This document shows, in pieces, positions 30,058-36,603 of a DNA stretch of 37,992 nt. The position numbers and the translations under genes were made by a program. Position 1 is the first letter of the stretch. The number at the start of each line of letters is the position of its first letter. Below the pieces are notes generated by a model that did not search any database, had not been told where the DNA came from, and saw only the letters and a list, made by a program, of their open reading frames with translations. This DNA is from a virus (lineage: Duplodnaviria; Caudoviricetes). The stretch covers positions 1 through 37,992 of IMG/VR virus record IMGVR_UViG_3300029268_000052; one strand, 5' to 3'.

Positions 30058-30603
30058 ATGGACAATCTAACAACCTTAAAAAATCTGGTTCTGGCTCCCT
30101 ACATCTTAAAAGCAACCGCATTGATTGGTGTGAGCCGTAAAGTTGGTGGTAATCAATTCCGCCATTCATTCGCCACTCTGGGTATCCTTCTTGATTACAA
30201 ATATTTTGAAGATGGTATCCTACTTAAAGCAGCCCTTCTTCACGATTTAGTTGAAGATTTTCACTGGGAAGCACTTGATGAAATCCGAAATATTGATGAA
30301 GATGGTAATGAAGTTTTAAACCTTGTGTTAGAAGTTACCAAACCAGACGGTGAACTGAAAGAAGTCTATTTACAACGTGTACTTACAACAGGTTCAAAAC
30401 GTGCAAAAATTCTTAAATGTGCTGATAGAATCAGTAATCTTACCGATTTACATTTAGATACCCATTCCGATTTCAAAATTGCACAGTATTTAGATCAAAC
30501 AGAAAAATATATTCTTCCAATGGCTAAAGAAATGAATCCAAATTTTGAAAAGGAATTAACAGACCTTATTATCAAGAGAAGAAATCAATGTGATTGTAAG
30601 TAA
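30058..30603 (+). CDS. HD-domain hydrolase, RelA/SpoT-HD (small alarmone hydrolase/Mesh1-like)
   Basis: AALLHDLVED, V.EVTK, LKCADRISNL. Confidence 0.8.
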   Translation: MDNLTTLKNLVLAPYILKATALIGVSRKVGGNQFRHSFATLGILLDYKYFEDGILLKAALLHDLVEDFHWEALDEIRNIDEDGNEVLNLVLEVTKPDGELKEVYLQRVLTTGSKRAKILKCADRISNLTDLHLDTHSDFKIAQYLDQTEKYILPMAKEMNPNFEKELTDLIIKRRNQCDCK

Positions 30604-31416
30604 TCACTTTGTCATCTGTTCAAAAAATTCATCACTATCTTTTGTACGAATAGTGTTATCTTTATTATAAAGTTCCTTGGTTTTAGGATCATACCAAAAT
30701 GGAATCAAATTACTTACCTGATTTCCTATAAATATTGTTTGTATTTCATCATCACCATTATGATAAAGTTTAATACCACTAGATTTAAACAAAATTCCAT
30801 ACTCACCGTAATGACTGTAACCACTTTTAAAATTATAACCAACATCATTTAAATCAAAACTAAAACAATATCCATCTTCAACCCATTCATCAGCGGCAGC
30901 TGATATAGCGAGATTATACATATTGGATATTCCATGAAAATATCCAGATTTTAATATACTTTTTTGAGAATCACCATCACTCGTAAAATGAACTAACCAA
31001 TCATTTTCTACATCTCCCTCATAAGTATACGTTACATATAATGGTAATATACACAAATCTAAATTATATGAATTGTTATTAAAAACATTATCAACAATTC
31101 CAACAAGAAACTCTTTATATGCTTTTTCCGCTTCCGGGTAATAATTTAACTCATAATGTGTTGTTGGTGGTATAACATTATCATATGCTTCTTCCTCTGA
31201 ATCGTATTGGTCTAATTCCACAAAATATTCAGAATTATTCATACACCAATTCTGAAGTATATCTGGATAATTATCATCAAAGAATTTTGGTAATTCTTCT
31301 TCTTTTTCTTCTACCGTTTTTTCAAAATAATTAATCAAATCAATCATTTTACGACTATTGGTTGTAAATCTTTCAACTAAAAATTGTGACAAATTTTTTA
31401 TATACTTCATTACCAA
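30604..31416 (-). CDS. hypothetical protein, possible ART-fold C-terminus
   Basis: WLVHFT...GYCFSF...YG...E.Q pattern; N-terminus MKYIKNLSQFLVE. Confidence 0.5.
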   Translation of the reverse strand: MVMKYIKNLSQFLVERFTTNSRKMIDLINYFEKTVEEKEEELPKFFDDNYPDILQNWCMNNSEYFVELDQYDSEEEAYDNVIPPTTHYELNYYPEAEKAYKEFLVGIVDNVFNNNSYNLDLCILPLYVTYTYEGDVENDWLVHFTSDGDSQKSILKSGYFHGISNMYNLAISAAADEWVEDGYCFSFDLNDVGYNFKSGYSHYGEYGILFKSSGIKLYHNGDDEIQTIFIGNQVSNLIPFWYDPKTKELYNKDNTIRTKDSDEFFEQMTK

Positions 31417-31425
31417 AAATTATTT

Positions 31426-32784
31426 TTAAGAATAAATATTTACATCATCCTTATCCCAACTACCATCATTATCTATTGACTTTATATAATTAGGATAAAA
31501 AACAACATGTTCCGAACCATATATGACACCATCGTAACCAAGTTTCTTAATTATTTCGGTTACATATTTACTCATTTCACCCAATTTTGTTATCCAATGT
31601 AAAGATTGATCATATTTAAACCCTTGATTATATTTCAAATTTCTTAAATTTATACCCATATCCTTTAATTCCTTAAAAACATATTCTGGTACTTCATTTG
31701 TATCTTTACCTAATGTAAATTCATCAACAATATTGGAAATATCATTATAGTAATCTTTATAACCCATCTTTTCATCCGAAAATTTATCCCAAGCATCTGA
31801 TAAACCATACAGTTTAATATAATCCACCAAAATAGCTAAAGTGGGGTCCACCCTTTTTATTTCCTGATATAAAGAATCAAAATCAATAGACTGAATCACC
31901 ATATCATCAATATTCTTTACACCATTCCTTTTTAATAATAACATTTCTTCATCAGTTCCAGTAAATGGTTTTTCAATTTTTATATAACATTTCATGATTT
32001 TATCACCATAACCATCTGCTTCTCTTATATCATCAGAAAAATAGAATCCATAACCGTAATGACCGTAATTTCCAGTTCCCCAACCAATCTTCTTTTCATC
32101 GAAAATATCAAAGGTTTCTTTTGTTCCGTGATAAACTACCATCGGTTCATTTCCCTCAACTACCTTTGAATTACCAAACCAATCCCAAAATTTAGAATTT
32201 AATAAATGTTTATTTTCATTCGTCTTATCCAACTTTTCCTTCTTTACTATCTCTATCTTATTTGGATCAAAAATAAATAGATTTTTAGTACCAGTTTCCC
32301 ATACATAACAACCATCGAAATCATTTTTCTTCAACCAATCAAAAAACCATGTATCTTCAATAGAAGAATAATCCCCAAAAACAATACCATTATAAAAATT
32401 TGATGTATCTGTATTTTCAAATTCTGATGACGAATCTATATCCTTTCTTAATTTTAATGCTAAATCATAATCGTAATTTTTATGATTTAAATTAGCATTT
32501 TTCACATTTCCAGTTTCATAATAATATAAATCTAAATCTGTTGGTAATTTTGATGGGTCAAATATTTTATCTGTCAATAATTTAACTGTATAAATTATTC
32601 CATTTTTATATCTGGCATAATACTTCGAAAACTCATAATCACTTGAAAAAAATATAGGATTTATATAATTCAAATCCAAATAAGTTCCTTTTTTTAATTT
32701 GAAACTATCGAAATCAGAATAAGAACCATGATACCAAAAATCTTGTTGGATTTGTTCCTCAAATAAACGAAATATAGTTATCAT
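31426..32784 (-). CDS. protein with two ART-PolyVal-like domains
   Basis: WYHGS..DFDSF...IFFS and FWDWFGNSKVV...VVYHGT...GYGFYFSD...GYDGVI...IKSIDNDG. Confidence 0.8.
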   Translation of the reverse strand: MITIFRLFEEQIQQDFWYHGSYSDFDSFKLKKGTYLDLNYINPIFFSSDYEFSKYYARYKNGIIYTVKLLTDKIFDPSKLPTDLDLYYYETGNVKNANLNHKNYDYDLALKLRKDIDSSSEFENTDTSNFYNGIVFGDYSSIEDTWFFDWLKKNDFDGCYVWETGTKNLFIFDPNKIEIVKKEKLDKTNENKHLLNSKFWDWFGNSKVVEGNEPMVVYHGTKETFDIFDEKKIGWGTGNYGHYGYGFYFSDDIREADGYGDKIMKCYIKIEKPFTGTDEEMLLLKRNGVKNIDDMVIQSIDFDSLYQEIKRVDPTLAILVDYIKLYGLSDAWDKFSDEKMGYKDYYNDISNIVDEFTLGKDTNEVPEYVFKELKDMGINLRNLKYNQGFKYDQSLHWITKLGEMSKYVTEIIKKLGYDGVIYGSEHVVFYPNYIKSIDNDGSWDKDDVNIYS

Positions 32785-32818
32785 AAAACTATATATTAAT
32801 CCTGAAATGAAATTTTAG

Positions 32819-32903
32819 CGGAAGATGCCGGTAACGATCCGACTCAGGATTACTCCCGACCTTAGCTTTCCAAGCTAGTACTTTACCTTTCAGTCAATCT
32901 TCC
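32819..32903 (-). tRNA. trnS: tRNA-Ser(GGA), atypical T-loop
   Basis: GGAAGAT/ATCTTCC acceptor; loop TTGGAAA; long variable arm; T-loop ATCGTTA. Confidence 0.8.
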
Positions 32904-33807
32904 TTGAACATTTAATACATATTCCTGATTTGTTATATCTCCAAATATGTCCTTTACATATATTACAATTTTTTTCTTCATAATTATTATATAATTTAAT
33001 ATAATCTTTTCCATATTTGGATATAACATAATCAATTATAAATTTAATATCTTTTTCATATAATATTTTTAATGGTTCTTTAAAACATAAAAATTTAGAT
33101 TCATTTTGTTCAGTCCAAAAACCTTTAATTTCATAATAAATACCATCACTAATAAAATCTGGTATCCAATAATGATTTTTATTTTTCCAATAATATTCAA
33201 ATTTTTCGGTATTTCTTTGAAATTGTATGTTGTGTTCCAAGTTATAAATAACCCATGCCAATTCCCAACTACTATCACACCAATATTCTTCATACCAACC
33301 TTTCTTACCTCTACCAGAACCTCTTATATAACCACCATATCCATTTTTCTTTGCTATTTCAGATAATTTTTTTCTTCTATTATTTTCAGATTCAATTGTT
33401 AAACCAAATCCTGATTTTCCTTTTAATTTATTTGACATTTTATTTTTTATTTCATTCGATTTTACAAATCCAAACCTTTCATCAAAAGATAAACCTTTGT
33501 ATGATATTTTTTCCTTTTTGATTATTTTTCTTAATTTTGTTCCATTACCGTCACAACAATCTATATGTTCTAGAATATGACATTGAATGTGAAGATTACA
33601 TTTTGGACATATGTGGTTTGTATTTTTCTTTTTAATAATTTTTTCACAAGAATTTTTAGTATGACATTTTAAACCTTTTTTGTTTTTAAATTCTTTTCCA
33701 CATTTTTCACAAATTACTTTTTTATTTTCTTTATGTGAATATTGATAATGATTAGCCAATTCACTTATATTTAATGTTTCATAATTACATTTATCACATT
33801 TATACAT
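32890..33807 (-). CDS. zinc-finger PD-(D/E)xK homing-type endonuclease
   Basis: C2H2-like fingers; DSSWELAW...PDF...YEIKG. Confidence 0.75.
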   Translation of the reverse strand: MYKCDKCNYETLNISELANHYQYSHKENKKVICEKCGKEFKNKKGLKCHTKNSCEKIIKKKNTNHICPKCNLHIQCHILEHIDCCDGNGTKLRKIIKKEKISYKGLSFDERFGFVKSNEIKNKMSNKLKGKSGFGLTIESENNRRKKLSEIAKKNGYGGYIRGSGRGKKGWYEEYWCDSSWELAWVIYNLEHNIQFQRNTEKFEYYWKNKNHYWIPDFISDGIYYEIKGFWTEQNESKFLCFKEPLKILYEKDIKFIIDYVISKYGKDYIKLYNNYEEKNCNICKGHIWRYNKSGICIKCSRKID

Positions 33808-33882
33808 AATATTTTATTTTTATTAATATATATAAAAATCGAAAAGTGCTTATTTTCACATTTCGATAACCTTCCAATAATG

Positions 33883-33970
33883 CGGAGATCAAGGGAGTCG
33901 AACCCTTACGCCGGAATCTCACCGACTTCACAATTTTCGAAATTGATAACTACGCCAAATAGGGATCTCC
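33883..33970 (-). tRNA. trnS: tRNA-Ser(CGA), reduced D-arm
   Basis: GGAGATC/GATCTCC; loop TTCGAAA; long variable arm. Confidence 0.8.
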
Positions 33971-33982
33971 ATGTCTTTTCCA

Positions 33983-34137
33983 GATATAAGATGGGATTCA
34001 AACCCAAAGTTGTTATAACCGATATTGCTCTCGGGTAGTCTTACCCCCTCGGTAGTATAGATAACTTTCTACTTGGATAAAAAGATTTACATCATAAACA
34101 ACTAACCCACCATTACCTTTCTCAAAGGACTTATACC
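33983..34137 (-). ncRNA. tRNA-like RNA with large internal domain
   Basis: GTATAAG/CTTATAT acceptor-like stem, TGGG-TTTGAAT-CCCA T-arm, AGTTGTT/AACAACT internal helix. Confidence 0.55.
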
Positions 34138-34143
34138 ATTGTG

Positions 34144-34228
34144 CGGAAGGTACAGGAATCGAACCTGTTCAGGTTTTACCCCGGCTTCAGTTTAGCAAAC
34201 TGACCTCTTACCGGCCGAGCCACCTTCC
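34144..34228 (-). tRNA. trnS: tRNA-Ser(GCT)
   Basis: GGAAGGT/ACCTTCC; TCAGT-TTGCTAA-ACTGA. Confidence 0.88.
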
Positions 34229-34238
34229 ATTGATGTTG

Positions 34239-34309
34239 CACGCACACTAGGATTCGAACCCAGATCAAAGCTTTTGGAGAGCTCTATGTTACCATTACAC
34301 CATGCACGT
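34239..34309 (-). tRNA. trnW: tRNA-Trp(CCA)
   Basis: GAGCT-CTCCAAA-AGCTT; canonical D and T arms. Confidence 0.88.
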
Positions 34310-34323
34310 ATGTGTAAAAATTG

Positions 34324-34405
34324 CATACCATAAAGGATTCGAACCTTTAACCACTCTTACGAATTACCGGGTTGGAGCCGGCTGGTCACGCCAATGAGAT
34401 GGTAT
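34324..34405 (-). tRNA. trnW: tRNA with CCA (Trp) anticodon and long variable arm
   Basis: ATACCAT/ATGGTAT; GCCGG-CTCCAAC-CCGGT; 17-nt variable region. Confidence 0.7.
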
Positions 34406-34408
34406 ATT

Positions 34409-34486
34409 TGGTGGGTTTGGTGGGAGTCGAACCCACATAGCACTGATTAAGAGTCAGTTTCACTCGGCCAGTTATGATACAAACCC
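34409..34486 (-). tRNA. trnK: tRNA-Lys(CTT)
   Basis: ACTGA-CTCTTAA-TCAGT; encoded CCA. Confidence 0.9.
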
Positions 34487-34500
34487 AATGTTTGTTTTTG

Positions 34501-34573
34501 TGACCCCGATGGGACTCGAACCCATAACCCCCGCCTTAAAAGGGCGGTGCTCTACCAATTGAGCTACGGAGTC
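34501..34573 (-). tRNA. trnK: tRNA-Lys(TTT)
   Basis: CCGCC-CTTTTAA-GGCGG; canonical. Confidence 0.93.
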
Positions 34574-34576
34574 AGA

Positions 34577-34655
34577 TGTAATGAAGTGAGTCGGACTCTC
34601 TCCGAGTTTGGAAGGCAGACCAGTTGCGTTATCTGGTTTCAGCTACTTCATTACA
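34577..34655 (-). ncRNA. small structured RNA (three-way junction)
   Basis: TGTAATGAAGT/ACTTCATTACA closing stem with ACCAG/CTGGT and TCGGA/TCCGA hairpins. Confidence 0.5.
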
Positions 34656-34657
34656 AT

Positions 34658-34735
34658 TGGTGGGCTTGGTGGGAGTCGAACCCACATAGCACGATTTAAA
34701 AGACCGTTTCACTAACGCAATTGTGATACAAACCC
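34658..34735 (-). tRNA. trnK: tRNA-Lys(TTT)
   Basis: ACGGT-CTTTTAA-ATCGT; paralog of 34409-34486; encoded CCA. Confidence 0.88.
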
Positions 34736-34742
34736 AATTTTG

Positions 34743-34821
34743 TAACCCCGGTGGGGCTCGAACCCACGACCCCCACTTTAAAAGAGTGGTGCTTAATTTC
34801 TACCAACTGAGCTACGGAGTC
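34743..34821 (-). tRNA. trnK: tRNA-Lys(TTT) with D-arm insertion
   Basis: CCACT-CTTTTAA-AGTGG; GAAATTAAGC in place of GAGC. Confidence 0.8.
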
Positions 34822-34835
34822 ATTTTTTTATTTTG

Positions 34836-34923
34836 CGGAGGAAGGGAGAGTCGAACTCCCACACCGGAATCTCACCGATTTCACAATTTTCAAGATTGCT
34901 AACCGCACCACATGGGTTCCTCC
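34836..34923 (-). tRNA. trnS: tRNA-Ser(TGA), reduced D-arm
   Basis: GCAAT-CTTGAAA-ATTGT; long variable arm. Confidence 0.82.
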
Positions 34924-34928
34924 ATTTG

Positions 34929-35003
34929 TGGTACCGAACAGATTCGAACTGATGCCTCCGGATTTTCAGTCCGGTGTACGACAACCAACTATACGACAGT
35001 ACC
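34929..35003 (-). tRNA. trnF: tRNA-Phe(GAA)
   Basis: CCGGA-CTGAAAA-TCCGG. Confidence 0.85.
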
Positions 35004-35771
35004 TTATATTAATAATTTTTCATAATTAACAAGTTCATTTTTCATTACAATTTCTATTTTTACTTGTTTATTTTGTAATATAACTTGTTTCATTTTATTT
35101 TTATCATCACCCCACCAATAACCTTTCACTTCAAAATATTTATTTAGTTTTGGACTAAAAAAATCAGGTGTATAATAATGTTCTTTTTCTTTTTCATCTT
35201 TCCAAATAAAAGAGTGTCCTTTATGACCAACACCAATTTTTATCCAATTTTCATCAATCAATTCTAAAACTTTAGCAAATCTAACTTCCCAAGTTCCTTG
35301 TAATTTAATTTCATTACCATCTTTCTTAGTGAAAGAAAACCATTTACATTTACCACCATTATTATTTTTAGTCATTTTTTGACCAATTAATTTTTTAGAT
35401 TCATCCGTATGTGATTTTCCTAAAAATGGTGATTGGAAACCATTTAAATAATTTGTTTTTATTGAATCACTATATTTTTTGACCCTATTATCTGTGAATT
35501 TAGTTAAACCGTTATTCCACGAAATTTTACCTTTTGATCCAGTTGTTTTGTGATTTTTTCCAATTTCTGTATGACTTCTCCAAATGTGTGAAATAATACC
35601 CTTTTTTGAATAATTTTTATCACAAAATGGACATTTATAATTAATATTATCAATTTTCCAAGTTTCATCAATTTTTATAAAATGTTTTTTTGTATTACAT
35701 GATTTGATATGTTTTTTATAATTATTTACCGTTATAAACTTATCACATTTATCACATTTAATTTGTTTCAT
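35004..35771 (-). CDS. zinc-finger/NUMOD3 PD-(D/E)xK homing-type endonuclease
   Basis: CDKC, CPFC, GKSHTDESKKLI, QGTWE...YTPDFF...FEVKG; start moved to MKQIK. Confidence 0.75.
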   Translation of the reverse strand: MKQIKCDKCDKFITVNNYKKHIKSCNTKKHFIKIDETWKIDNINYKCPFCDKNYSKKGIISHIWRSHTEIGKNHKTTGSKGKISWNNGLTKFTDNRVKKYSDSIKTNYLNGFQSPFLGKSHTDESKKLIGQKMTKNNNGGKCKWFSFTKKDGNEIKLQGTWEVRFAKVLELIDENWIKIGVGHKGHSFIWKDEKEKEHYYTPDFFSPKLNKYFEVKGYWWGDDKNKMKQVILQNKQVKIEIVMKNELVNYEKLLI

Positions 35772-35853
35772 AAAATACCTTTTGTTTTTATATATTAAAA
35801 AACAAAAGTCAAAAACTACCAATTTTACTAAAAATTACCAATTAACTGTTTTG

Positions 35854-35928
35854 TGGTCTGAGACGGAATCGAACCGCCGACGCTCACCTCTTCAGGGTGA
35901 CGCTCTACGCAAACTGAGCTACCAGACC
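35854..35928 (-). tRNA. trnF: tRNA-Phe(GAA)
   Basis: TCACC-CTGAAGA-GGTGA. Confidence 0.9.
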
Positions 35929-35934
35929 ATTTTT

Positions 35935-36010
35935 TGGGGTGAACGACGGGGCTCGAACCCGCAACAACAAGAACCACAATCTTGGACTCTACCATTGAGC
36001 TACGTTCACC
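35935..36010 (-). tRNA. trnH: tRNA-His(GTG)
   Basis: G-1:C73; CAAGA-TTGTGGT-TCTTG; encoded CCA. Confidence 0.93.
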
Positions 36011-36017
36011 ATATAAA

Positions 36018-36094
36018 AAATGTAGAGAAAAGGAATGAATGTGTTTTTTGAATTTTCAGATTTCGAAGTAACATTCAAAGTCACTACTACATTT
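36018..36094 (-). ncRNA. Y-RNA-like RNA (minimal form)
   Basis: AAATGTAG-TAGTGACTT-TGAATG-TTACTTC ... CATTCA-TTCCTTTTCT-CTACATTT. Confidence 0.65.
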
Positions 36095-36095
36095 G

Positions 36096-36225
36096 CGGAG
36101 GAAATGGGATTCGAACCCATATCTTTTTTTTTCAGAAAAAACGAAGTAACTGATTAACCTCGCCACTTTTTCAAGGGAATATTTGTTGTCAGTATGTCTA
36201 TACTCTACCATTGAGCTATTCCTCC
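36096..36225 (-). ncRNA. tRNA-framed (permuted) Y-RNA-like RNA with Phe-type loop
   Basis: GGAGGAA/TTCCTCC acceptor, D and T arms; internal GAAA-capped stem, GTTACTTC, loop CTGAAAA. Confidence 0.7.
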
Positions 36226-36233
36226 AATAACGC

Positions 36234-36303
36234 GTCCGACGCCTTACCAATTAAACGACTTACCCCGGAGGGAAAGGTGGGATTCGAACCCACATTTTCG
36301 GAC
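36234..36303 (-). ncRNA. circularly permuted tRNA-like element
   Basis: GTCCGA-var-T arm-CTTTCCC-TCCG-GGGTAAG-D arm-TCGGAC: the 3' half precedes the 5' half. Confidence 0.7.
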
Positions 36304-36306
36304 TAG

Positions 36307-36380
36307 TGGGGAGGGGTGGAATTAAACCACCGACGCAGGGGCTAAACTGCCCCCCGCTCTATCAACTGAGCTACCTCCCC
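36307..36380 (-). pseudogene. tRNA-like gene with degenerate anticodon loop
   Basis: Intact acceptor, D and T stems; GGGGC-AGTTTA-GCCCC 6-nt loop; T-loop TTTAATT. Confidence 0.65.
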
Positions 36381-36422
36381 GTTGTGTTGATTTTGGTGTA
36401 TCAACACTAATTTCATTTCAAG

Positions 36423-36435
36423 ATGTCAAAGAACT
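36423..36435 (-). promoter_or_regulatory. boxA-like antitermination element
   Basis: AGTTCTTTGACAT; a second copy CGTTCTTTGA at 36891-36900 just after the attenuator terminator. Confidence 0.5.
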
Positions 36436-36440
36436 TCTCG

Positions 36441-36490
36441 TATAAGGTTTAAGACTTATAAGAGTGATTTATAAGGTTTAAGACTTATAA
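36441..36490. repeat. direct repeat of a 21-bp imperfect palindrome
   Basis: tataaggtttaagacttataa at 36441 and 36470. Confidence 0.8.
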
Positions 36491-36497
36491 ATCTTGT

Positions 36498-36585
36498 TGG
36501 GGTGAAAGATGGGAATCGAACCCACACGGATAAATTTATACGGGGTCACAACCCGTCCCGCTTCCAATTACGGACTACAATCACC
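36498..36585 (-). tRNA. trnH: tRNA-His(GTG), atypical (long variable region)
   Basis: G-1:C73, CCA; ACGGG-TTGTGAC-CCCGT; 14-nt variable region; two acceptor mismatches. Confidence 0.7.
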
Positions 36586-36603
36586 ATGTATTTTAAAGAA
36601 CTG

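Noticed and set aside
616-33521. Shadow ORFs such as 616..807, 2510..2818, 3915..4142, 10381..10680, 14571..14903, 15559..15861, 21338..21673, 24349..24585 and 33069..33521
   Set aside because: They are antisense or out of frame to well-supported genes, with F/I/Y-rich composition typical of AT-rich reverse strands.
36555-36564. GAAGCGGGAC in the atypical tRNA-His, matching the Y-like motif
   Set aside because: It has no GTTACTTC or partner strand and is part of the D arm, so probably coincidence.
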